Source: Bacillota bacterium (GTDB lineage Bacteria; Bacillota; Clostridia; Christensenellales; SZUA-584). Taken from it: a DNA stretch of 64,000 bases. Below are positions 49,475-57,917 of the stretch, in pieces (the first letter of the stretch is position 1; every line of letters begins with the position of its first letter). The DNA lies in assembly GCA_023396555.1 (NCBI GenBank), contig JAEWWC010000100.1, positions 6,634 to 70,633 on the forward strand, in the 5' to 3' direction. The notes beneath the pieces are model-generated. The model searched no databases. It saw only the letters and a program-made list of their open reading frames with translations, and had not been told where the DNA came from. Both the position numbers and the translations under genes were made by a program.

Positions 49475-49509
49475 AAAACCCTTGAATTATCAAGGGTTTT
49501 ATGCTTTTT
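49475..49509 (+). terminator. Orphan intrinsic terminator (candidate ancestral ssrA terminator)
   Basis: AAAACCCTTGA-ATTA-TCAAGGGTTTT followed by ATGCTTTTT. There is no coding gene upstream to terminate. It lies 7 nt after the tmRNA-end repeat. Confidence 0.55.
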
Positions 49510-50305
49510 AAGGAGTTCTTACATGTTTTTTACACGATTGATGTTTGCACTTGAATGATATCGCACCTTCGTACAAAAAGCTACAATTTTTGCAGATATA
49601 ATCTATGTCAAAGAAACCTCTTGTATTTCATTAAATAAACTATAACTGATATGTAATATATCCTAATTTTTTGATATCCAATGGGGAATTTTTTGTACCA
49701 TTAGAAGCTACTTGGAATCATATATACTCGGAAGTTTGCCTGCAAATTTCGGTACAAACATGGGTCTTCCAAGGCACAAATGGTATGAGTTTAAAGAAGG
49801 CTTTGGTTCTTCTTTAGTCAATAGGGAAATAGAAGAAACTAAGAAATACAATCCAACAGGGTTGAGGTCGGTCGGCTTTTTTACAAAGATTTTTAATAAA
49901 TGGGTTTTAATACTTCATATTCTCTTTCAGTAGCATATTATTAAATAGCCACAATGGTGTTGATTATATACAGAATATCGAGGCGCAAGAGGCCAAAAAT
50001 CCAAATTGCTTTGAAATAATTGAAACCACTTCGTTACGCCCTTTGGAGTTGGCCATATGGTAAATACGGTAATCGGTACCGGTATCAGTATCAGCATTAT
50101 AATTGCGGCTATACCGGATAATCTATATAAAATCTACATTTCGTCAGCCTCGACAAATGCAGCGTGTTGGGGCATAATCCCATACCTCTATACGCTCTTC
50201 GGGGAGCATCTTTGAAAGGAACAGAAAGATGGCAGTAAAAACCATCGGGTTCACATCTGAATGACGAAAAACAGTTTGTAAACCTTAAAAAGAAAAGCGA
50301 TAATT

Positions 50306-50932
50306 CTATTGTTTTTTGATACCCATAAGCAAAAGGTCAAAGTGTTGGAGAACCTGATCCTTTAAATCGAAATCAGGGTATCGGATACACCATTCATAAG
50401 TCAAGCCTCTTATGGACATAATACAGTGATTCACAACGGAATCGGTGTTTATTTCTGTTTTAAATTCTCCCTGTTCTTTTCCTTGTTTAATAATTTTACC
50501 AAATATTTTATAAAGGTCCCTATTATAATTCAATAACGCGTCTGCGTTTACAACTCTTGATATATAAACTTCATATATAATCTTAATAATGTCATATCCT
50601 ATACTGCCGGTTATCGTATCCGCAATGCTCCCTGCAAACAAATTCAGCTTATCAGAAGCAGACAAACCCGCAGGTAAAGATTCCATTGCCAATCTGTATC
50701 CTATATCTATTTGGCTGACGTTATCAAAGAGCAAGGCGGCAATCATCGCATCCTTTGAATGGTAATGTACGTAGAACGAACCTTTGGCGACGCCTGCCTC
50801 TTTGACTATAGAGTCAACACTGACACGTTCAAAACCAAACTGCCTGAAAAGTTTCTCTGCGCTTTTATAGATCTTTTTTTGGGTTTCAAGAGCTTTTTGT
50901 TTTCTTATACCTATCTTCTTATTATCCAACAA
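50306..50932 (-). CDS. TetR/AcrR family transcriptional regulator
   Basis: The HTH block is SVDSIVKEAGVAKGSFYVHYHSKD. The start was chosen at the TTG preceded by AAAGGAG. The track ORF extends to 50986 but has no RBS there. Confidence 0.8.
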   Translation of the reverse strand: MLDNKKIGIRKQKALETQKKIYKSAEKLFRQFGFERVSVDSIVKEAGVAKGSFYVHYHSKDAMIAALLFDNVSQIDIGYRLAMESLPAGLSASDKLNLFAGSIADTITGSIGYDIIKIIYEVYISRVVNADALLNYNRDLYKIFGKIIKQGKEQGEFKTEINTDSVVNHCIMSIRGLTYEWCIRYPDFDLKDQVLQHFDLLLMGIKKQ

Positions 50933-51168
50933 AATAACTCCTTTATTGACACTAAAATCAGCCTGTCTTATAATGACTGTAGTCATTGAGCTTATATGTT
51001 AATTATATCATAGAAGAAATAATTATTATAGCCGTTAAAATGCGATTAGCAACTTTTGTTATAAAGCGTTGGTAAACTAAAAACAGAATGCGATTTCCCG
51101 TATATATTGTAACCGGTTGCGCACTTCAAACACTTTTGCCAGGAGCGGGATGAAAGGATTGGGCGATA

Positions 51169-54100
51169 ATGAAAAAGAAATTTTCGTTAAAGGCATTAAT
51201 ATATATTTCTTTTTCACTGGCAATCTTAACGCTTATTGTTTTTTTGGCTCCAACCGTTGCGCATGCGTATATATCAGAATTTCCGACCGTTACAGTCTCA
51301 GGCGCTGAAGATGATGAATTGAACGGAATATATTACCCATCCCAATACTATGGCAGCACATATGAACACCCCAGTGGCGCCAGATTGAGATTAGTGGGTT
51401 TTACCTGGTGCCTGAACCCCCACACGGGCGGTTTAGCCTATTTTAGCGATGTATATACGAGCAGTACAATACCTCCAAAAACAGGATGGCTGAAATATTT
51501 ATATACCGACGATTACGGCTACAAAGTAGGCAGTGTTGACTCGGATTTTACTGTAACGTATCCTGTTGCTTCATTAACGCAAACGGCAGTAACCGTGAAT
51601 GAGGCGGCCGGAAGCGTTTCGGTAACTGTGCAGCTATCCGAGGCGACTCCTTACGAGACTTACGTGAAATACAGAACGGATGACGGCACCGCACAAACCG
51701 GCACGGATTTTACAGGCGTCAGTCAGGCGGAGAACAAAACGGTATATATTCCCCCTTGGCAAACATCCGCAACGATAAACATTCCCATTAAAAATGATGA
51801 TACATATGAAAATTCGGAGAACTTCACCATATCGATCTACGGCATTTCCGGCGGCGCCCGGATTCAGACAGGATCTGTGACTGTGACTATTGATAACGAC
51901 GATCCGTTTCCCACGGTCGGATTTGCTTCGGATTCGTTTTTGGCGGATGAAGAAGGCGGCAGCGCAGACATCAGGCTTGGATTATCCAACCCCTCCTGCA
52001 ATGATGTCACGGTAAATTATCAAACCTTCGGTATGGGCGAGACTGGAGCGGTTTACACTCCCGAATCCGGAGCGGTCACAATTCCGGCAGGAGCCACGTC
52101 CGCATCCTTTGCTGTGCATGGGCTGGGCGGGCTTCCCGCAACCGTCGCCGTAAGCTTATCTTCCCCTTCGGGCGCAACGCTGGGCGCATATCCTTCCGCG
52201 ACCGTCTCCATCCTGAAAACAAAGGCGTATTTTGCACAGACGGCTGTTTCCGCAAATGAAACAGCAGCCAGCGTTGCGCTGGAGGTATGCCTTTCCGAAC
52301 CGGCAGGAGGCGACGTAAAAATAGATTATTCCACTGCCGATGGCAGCGCCGCGGCAGTGGAAGACTATATTGCCGTCGCAGGTACGCTTACCATTCCCTC
52401 GGGGGAAGTGTCCGGCATCATCGAAATACCTTTGGTAAACGACATTGTTTATGAAGGGGAGGAAACATTCACCGTCAGCCTCTCCAACCCAATCGGGACG
52501 TCGCTGGAAGACCAGACCACGGCTACGGTATCCATCGTAAGCGATGACCCCATGCCCGCTGTGCAATTTTCGGCGGGAACGGCCTCCGCCAATGAGAATA
52601 GCGGCAGTGTATCGCTTTCCGTCACGCTTTCAAGGCCTTCCGCGTTTGACCTGACTGTAAATTATGCGACGGCAAACGGCACCGCCAAGGCAGGACAGGA
52701 TTATACAGCGCAATCCGGTACGCTTACCATTCCAAAAGGGGCGACCGAGCGTTATGTAACCATACCTATAATCAATAATAACATATACGATAGTAACAGG
52801 TCTTTTACCGTTACCCTCTCAAGCCCTTCGGGCGCTGCTCTTGGAACGCCTTCATCCGCCGCGATAACGATTATAAACGACGATCCGGTTCCAACGGTAC
52901 AATTTGCCGAGAGCGCCATCAGGGTAGATGAAACCGCCGGAGAAGTGGTCGTCCCCGTTCAATTCTCCCATTCGTCTGCCTCTTTAATGCAGGTACAGGT
53001 CAGAACTTCAAACGGGACCGCAACGGCGGGCCAGGATTATACATCGCTCTCCTCGGGCTATGCCGTGGGCAGCGGCAGTACAGGCTTCAACCTCCGTATC
53101 CCGATATTGAATGATGATATGTATGAAGCGGACGAGACTTTTAACATTACGCTGTCTTCACCATCCGGCTGCACTTTGGGGGCTAAATCAGTCTGCACTG
53201 TGACGATCGTAAGCGACGAGCTGGCGTACGAGATAGAATTTTCCTCAAATAGTTTTACGGTTAATGAGGATGCGGGAAACACCGACTTGACCGTGCAGTT
53301 GTCCCGAGTTTCCAGCACGAATACAACGGTGCATTACCAAACAGCTGATAATACCGCGCAGGCGGGGGAGGACTATACATCAAAAACCGGCGTGCTGACT
53401 ATTCCGGCAGGCGGTACTTCGGGTACCATCAGTATCCCGGTATTGAATGACAATATCTATGAGGCGAATGAAGACTTTGCGGTCACCCTTACCGAGCCTG
53501 GCGGGGCTGTCGGGACTATTCTTGGCGCAGCGGCAACAGCCACCGTGACTATCGTGAGCGAGGATGCAAAGCCCAGCATACAATTTTCCACAGACAGCAC
53601 TACGGTATCGGAGACTGTCGGCGCGGTGTTTCTGACGCTTCAGTTATCCCGTCCATTCTACCAAGACCTGTGGATAACCTGTGAGACGCCGATATCCGGA
53701 AGCGCCGCTGCGGGACAGGATTACGGCTATTTCGATTCTCCGGTTCTCATCCCAAAAGGAAATACTTCCGCCTCATTTGCAGTGCTTATCAACGATGACA
53801 ACATCTATGAAGGAGACGAGAGCTTCAGTGTGGTTATCTCTTCTCTTGATGACGAGGGGCCTTCGCCGGGATCAATATTAACACAGGCTATTATCATCGT
53901 GAGCGATGATCCGCTTCCCGCCGTAGAGTTTAATTCCGCTTCCGCCTCCGTGAACGAGGACGAAGGTTACGCGGCGCTCAATGTACGGTTGTCCCATCCA
54001 TCCGCCTTTGACATAACGGTGGATTACGCGACTGCGGACGGCAGCGCCCTGGCGGGAGATGACTACACCGCAAAATCCGGCACGCTTACCATTTCGAAAG

Positions 54101-56616
54101 GAGATACCGAAGGTCTTATCAGCATACCCATACTGAATGATACGATTTATGAGGGAAACGAAGCGTTTACCGTTGCCCTCTCCAACCCTTCGGGCGCTTC
54201 TCTGGGAGCGCAAGTCTTGGCTACGGTAACCATTGTGAGCGATGAGCCTCTTCCGCGCGTGGAATTCAGCGCCAGTACGGAAAACGTAAATGAAAATAAC
54301 GGCAGTGTCATTATCAGTATTTTGCTTTCTCATCCATCCGCGTTTAACTTGACGGTGGATTACGCGACTGCGGACGGAACCGCCGCGGCAGGGGCGGACT
54401 ATACCGCCAAAACCGGTACGCTCGTTATTTTAAAAGACGGTACCGCCGGTACCGTCAGTATTCCTGTTTTAAACGATAATCTCTATGAGCTAAACGAAAC
54501 TTTCACCGTTACCCTGTCCAGTCCTTCGGGGGCGGTATTGGGGGGCAGGTCTGTCTGCACGGTGACGATTGCAAGCGAGGATGCACAGCCCGTCCTGCAA
54601 TTTTCTGCAGACAGCCTTACGGCAGCCGAGGACATCGGCACCGTTGATCTTGATATACAATTGTCCCATCCATCCGCTTTTGACATAACGGTAAATTACG
54701 CAACCGCGGACAGCAGTGCTCAAGCGGGAGAAGATTATGCAGCGCAGGCAGGCGTATTAACAATACCAAAGGGGGTTACTTCCGGTTCTATCAGCATTCC
54801 CATATTAGATGACAATACCTATGAAGGGGATGAAACCTTTACAGTCACCCTTTCCACACCTTCGGGCGCCGCTATTGGAGAAACAAAGACTGCAACCGTA
54901 ACTATTGTGAATGAGGATTCAATGCCTATAGTGGAATTTACTGCGGATCAGGCCGCCATAGGGGAGGATGACGGCAGCGTTACGCTTTTCGTGCGGTTGT
55001 CCAACCCGTCTTCATTTGATGTGAAAGTGGATTATGAGACGACGGACGGCAATGCCCAGGCAGCGGATGACTATACCGCAAAATCCGGCACGCTGACCAT
55101 CCCCAAAGGGACGACTGTGGGTTCCGTTACTGTTCCCATATTGGAGGATACCGTATACGAGGGGGATGAGGCCTTTACGGTAACTCTTTCCTCTCCCTCA
55201 AGCGCAACGCTGGGGATAACGGACAGGACTGCTGTGACCATAGTGGATGCAGAAATTATTCCTTCACTGGAATTTTCCGCGGGAGCCGTTTCCGTGGGAG
55301 AGGACGACGGCAGCATTGAGCTTTCTATGCAATTATCCCACCCTTCGGCATTTGATATATCGGTGAATTACGCGACAATGGACGGCAGCGCCCTGACTGG
55401 AGAAGACTATACCTCTGCGTCCGATACGTTGACGATACCGAAAGGTGCTACTGCGGGCTCCGTTACTGTTTCCATATTAGAGGATGACGTATATGAAGGG
55501 GATGAGGACTTTATGCTTGCTCTGTCCTCTCCCTTAGGCGCAGTACTGGGGCCGAAAGCCAATTCGACAGTCACAATCGTCAATGAAGACGCTGAACCTT
55601 CCCTGGAATTCTATCAGGATGCACATTCTGTAAATGAAGATAACGGCAGCATTTGGCTGTGCGTGCTAATTTCCCATCCTTCGGCATTTGATATAACCGT
55701 GAACTTTAAAACAGAGGATGGTAGCGCAACAGCCGGAGAAGACTATACCGACAAAACGGATACATTGACGATACCGAAAGGAGATGTCTCCGGCCTGATT
55801 GAGATCCCCATATTACAGGATACCGTTTATGAGGAAGATGAGACCTTTATTGTAACGCTCGGTGAGCCGTCAGGCGCGGAATTGGGGTCAAAGAATACTG
55901 CAACAGTGACTATTGTGAGCGATGAAAAAGAACCCGTTATAGAATTTTATGCTCCAGCCTTATCGATAAGCGAGGATGCCGGTTCAGTGGAGATCCCTGT
56001 GAATTTATCTCATTTATCCGCATTTGATGTAGAGGCCGATTATAAAACAATTGATGCGAGCGGAAAAGCCGGAGAGGATTATTCTGCTGCTTCAGGCACA
56101 CTTATAATACCCGCCGGTTCTATCTCACGTTCCATATCGATTTCAATATTGCCTGATTCCGTCTATGAGGGAAACGAAAATTTTAATGTGATACTTTCTG
56201 ATGCGTCAGGTGCAATTCTGGGAGCATATAGTATAACTACTGTAACGATTGAAGAGGATGACAAGCCAACGATAACGGGCGTGGAGGAAGAATACAGAAT
56301 ATATGACGGAAGCCGGATTATATTGAACCCGCAGCCACCAGGTGGTATATGGGACTGGGATAAAACATTTTTCTCGGCTACATTCAACAGCCCTGCTACG
56401 TTTACGGCGCTGAAGACGGGTACTTCCACCATCACCTATACGGTCGGGGGAGCGACGCAAAGTATCACAGTTACCATATTGCCGGCGGAGTTACCTGCCA
56501 CGGGGCAGGATTTTACCTGGGTTTATATGCTCCTCGGACTTAAGGCATGTGCTCTGGCTGGAGTGGTGTTTTGCGCGAAAGTCAGCGGCATAAAGAAAGA
56601 GGTTTTTACTAAATAA
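51169..56616 (+). CDS. Giant cell-wall-anchored surface protein: signal peptide, unique N-domain, ~14 Calx-beta domains, Ig-like (Big_2-like) domain, LPXTG anchor
   Basis: 1815-aa ORF. The signal peptide ends at VAHA. There is a repeated motif of about 112 aa: G.DY....G.L.IP.G.....I.IPIL.D..YEG.E.F.V.LS.PSGA.LG....A.V.IV.DD. The C-terminus has LPATG, a hydrophobic stretch and a basic tail. Confidence 0.85.
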   Translation: MKKKFSLKALIYISFSLAILTLIVFLAPTVAHAYISEFPTVTVSGAEDDELNGIYYPSQYYGSTYEHPSGARLRLVGFTWCLNPHTGGLAYFSDVYTSSTIPPKTGWLKYLYTDDYGYKVGSVDSDFTVTYPVASLTQTAVTVNEAAGSVSVTVQLSEATPYETYVKYRTDDGTAQTGTDFTGVSQAENKTVYIPPWQTSATINIPIKNDDTYENSENFTISIYGISGGARIQTGSVTVTIDNDDPFPTVGFASDSFLADEEGGSADIRLGLSNPSCNDVTVNYQTFGMGETGAVYTPESGAVTIPAGATSASFAVHGLGGLPATVAVSLSSPSGATLGAYPSATVSILKTKAYFAQTAVSANETAASVALEVCLSEPAGGDVKIDYSTADGSAAAVEDYIAVAGTLTIPSGEVSGIIEIPLVNDIVYEGEETFTVSLSNPIGTSLEDQTTATVSIVSDDPMPAVQFSAGTASANENSGSVSLSVTLSRPSAFDLTVNYATANGTAKAGQDYTAQSGTLTIPKGATERYVTIPIINNNIYDSNRSFTVTLSSPSGAALGTPSSAAITIINDDPVPTVQFAESAIRVDETAGEVVVPVQFSHSSASLMQVQVRTSNGTATAGQDYTSLSSGYAVGSGSTGFNLRIPILNDDMYEADETFNITLSSPSGCTLGAKSVCTVTIVSDELAYEIEFSSNSFTVNEDAGNTDLTVQLSRVSSTNTTVHYQTADNTAQAGEDYTSKTGVLTIPAGGTSGTISIPVLNDNIYEANEDFAVTLTEPGGAVGTILGAAATATVTIVSEDAKPSIQFSTDSTTVSETVGAVFLTLQLSRPFYQDLWITCETPISGSAAAGQDYGYFDSPVLIPKGNTSASFAVLINDDNIYEGDESFSVVISSLDDEGPSPGSILTQAIIIVSDDPLPAVEFNSASASVNEDEGYAALNVRLSHPSAFDITVDYATADGSALAGDDYTAKSGTLTISKGDTEGLISIPILNDTIYEGNEAFTVALSNPSGASLGAQVLATVTIVSDEPLPRVEFSASTENVNENNGSVIISILLSHPSAFNLTVDYATADGTAAAGADYTAKTGTLVILKDGTAGTVSIPVLNDNLYELNETFTVTLSSPSGAVLGGRSVCTVTIASEDAQPVLQFSADSLTAAEDIGTVDLDIQLSHPSAFDITVNYATADSSAQAGEDYAAQAGVLTIPKGVTSGSISIPILDDNTYEGDETFTVTLSTPSGAAIGETKTATVTIVNEDSMPIVEFTADQAAIGEDDGSVTLFVRLSNPSSFDVKVDYETTDGNAQAADDYTAKSGTLTIPKGTTVGSVTVPILEDTVYEGDEAFTVTLSSPSSATLGITDRTAVTIVDAEIIPSLEFSAGAVSVGEDDGSIELSMQLSHPSAFDISVNYATMDGSALTGEDYTSASDTLTIPKGATAGSVTVSILEDDVYEGDEDFMLALSSPLGAVLGPKANSTVTIVNEDAEPSLEFYQDAHSVNEDNGSIWLCVLISHPSAFDITVNFKTEDGSATAGEDYTDKTDTLTIPKGDVSGLIEIPILQDTVYEEDETFIVTLGEPSGAELGSKNTATVTIVSDEKEPVIEFYAPALSISEDAGSVEIPVNLSHLSAFDVEADYKTIDASGKAGEDYSAASGTLIIPAGSISRSISISILPDSVYEGNENFNVILSDASGAILGAYSITTVTIEEDDKPTITGVEEEYRIYDGSRIILNPQPPGGIWDWDKTFFSATFNSPATFTALKTGTSTITYTVGGATQSITVTILPAELPATGQDFTWVYMLLGLKACALAGVVFCAKVSGIKKEVFTK
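51571..56262 (+). repeat. In-frame tandem array of ~14 Calx-beta domain-coding units (~330 bp each)
   Basis: Units 8-13 share long near-identical DNA stretches. For example, CATCCATCCGC.TTTGACATAACGGT..ATTACGC.AC.GCGGAC occurs at about 53996, 54332 and 54667. Confidence 0.85.
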
Positions 56617-56849
56617 GAAGCATATACATATAATTTTGATCGGATTGGCAGGTGCATTATTGCCTAGCTACCGTCTCTTGATTTATGGTCAAAGGTATGA
56701 GGGTAAACAGGTCGGACAAAATGCTTGAGTACTGCTTTATCAAGCGGTATTTCGCCGCTTTTATCCAATGAAGGTTGTATGTTTTGAAGAGTTCCAACGA
56801 TCACACAGAGATAATATGCATCAGATCCAACTCGGATATAAGTTATATC

Positions 56850-56993
56850 TCTGGGATTGTTCTTTTCCTTCTTGTAGCCATAGGGTGCTCTTGTCGCCAT
56901 GCGCTCGCCTCGTTCCACCTTGGATTTCACGACGGCTCGGATTTTCCGGCTAATATCTTTGGCATAGAAATCGTTGAACAAGTTCTTGAATTA
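56850..56993 (-). pseudogene. Large serine recombinase fragment (~48 codons)
   Basis: FKNLFNDFYAKDISRKIRAVVKSKVERGERMATRAPYGYKKEKNNPRD matches the junction between the resolvase and recombinase domains. A stop lies upstream and the sequence downstream is unrelated. Confidence 0.65.
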
Positions 56994-57065
56994 AGTAAAA
57001 TTATTGTCTCCGTTTTATGGTGGAGCTATAGCTAAAGATTTATTTGACCACCTTGGAGATAATGA

Positions 57066-57262
57066 TATCCAAGAAATAGTCCCTTCTATGGAGGAAAAAA
57101 ATTCGCCAACAAAAGCACAGGAAAGGAGGAATTATTAAAAGAAGCCCGGATAATAAGGACGAACGGATATTTAATTAGCTTTGAGGAGGTGGATATAGGC
57201 GTCCTGACAATTGGCGCTCCCATATTTAACTTTAAGGGTGAAGCAATCGGCGGAATGGCAAC
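57066..57262 (+). pseudogene. IclR-family regulator fragment (part of the effector-binding domain)
   Basis: ..KEELLKEARIIRTNGYLISFEEVDIGVLTIGAPIFNFKGEAIGGMA is collinear with IclR C-terminal domains. It is cut off exactly where the tandem repeat begins. Confidence 0.6.
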
Positions 57263-57842
57263 AGATTTAAAAAAATCCAACATTCCTTTTCAACATAAGT
57301 TGCTTTCCCTTTAATGAAACTACAAAAAAATAATCTTACCTTTCTCAAAAATAATTGCATTGTTAGGTCATGTGCTGCGTTTTATAATAAAATGCGAAGA
57401 TTATTACGAGGAAGGAGTGGTCTCGCCTTTTGGGTATCATGGTTGGGATGCGATTTCGGAGAGCATATCTCAACATATCCTGCCCAGTTACATTCCCAAA
57501 AAAATCAACAGATTTTAAAAAAATCCAACATAAGTTGCTTTCCCTTCAGGTGAAACTACAAAAATAATCTTACCGTTCTCAAAAATAATTGCATTGTTAG
57601 GTCATTTGCTGCGTTTTATAATAAAATACGAAGATTGTTAAGAGGAAGGAGTGGCTTCGCCTTTTGGGATCAGGGTGGGATGCGATTTCGGAAAGCACAT
57701 CTCAACATATCCTGCCCACCCATTCTTAATAAACAACAGATTTGAAAAAATTCAACTTAAGTTCGCTTTAATGAAACTACAAAAATAATCTTACCTTTCT
57801 TAAAAGTAATTGCATTGTTAGGTCATTTTGCTACGTTTTATA
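57259..57842 (+). repeat. Tandem repeat, ~2.5 copies of a 220-250-bp noncoding unit (putative promoter plus leader of the GH43 gene)
   Basis: The anchor CAACAGATTT occurs at 57259, 57506 and 57734. The anchor GAAACTACAAAAA occurs at 57316, 57552 and 57773. The copies differ by scattered substitutions and small indels. The third, more diverged copy runs into the GH43 RBS. Confidence 0.85.
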
Positions 57843-57917
57843 GTGGCCTGGCCTTATGGGTAACGGGGAAGAGTATCCGACAATTGTAACTATTAAGATT
57901 GATGGGAGGAGTTTAAG

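Noticed and set aside
49712-49933. 73-aa ORF whose LPRHKWYEFKEGFGSSLV segment reminded me of N-terminal motifs in some DNA methyltransferases, raising the idea that it is the missing 5' part of the truncated methylase at 39749
   Set aside because: The similarity is only a vague recollection. The fragment lies downstream of the C-terminal piece, not upstream, and beyond the tmRNA-end repeat. A simple split-gene model therefore does not fit.
51571-56262. Regular ~330-bp DNA periodicity that could be mistaken for a CRISPR-like or satellite array
   Set aside because: The repeats are in frame within one 1815-aa ORF and encode protein domains. The unit length and the lack of spacer/repeat architecture exclude CRISPR.
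57314-57553. 79-aa ORF and short peptides (MRFR.A.LNISCP..) inside the tandem repeat
   Set aside because: There is no credible RBS, and the frames are not preserved between the repeat copies. I treat it as noncoding leader sequence.
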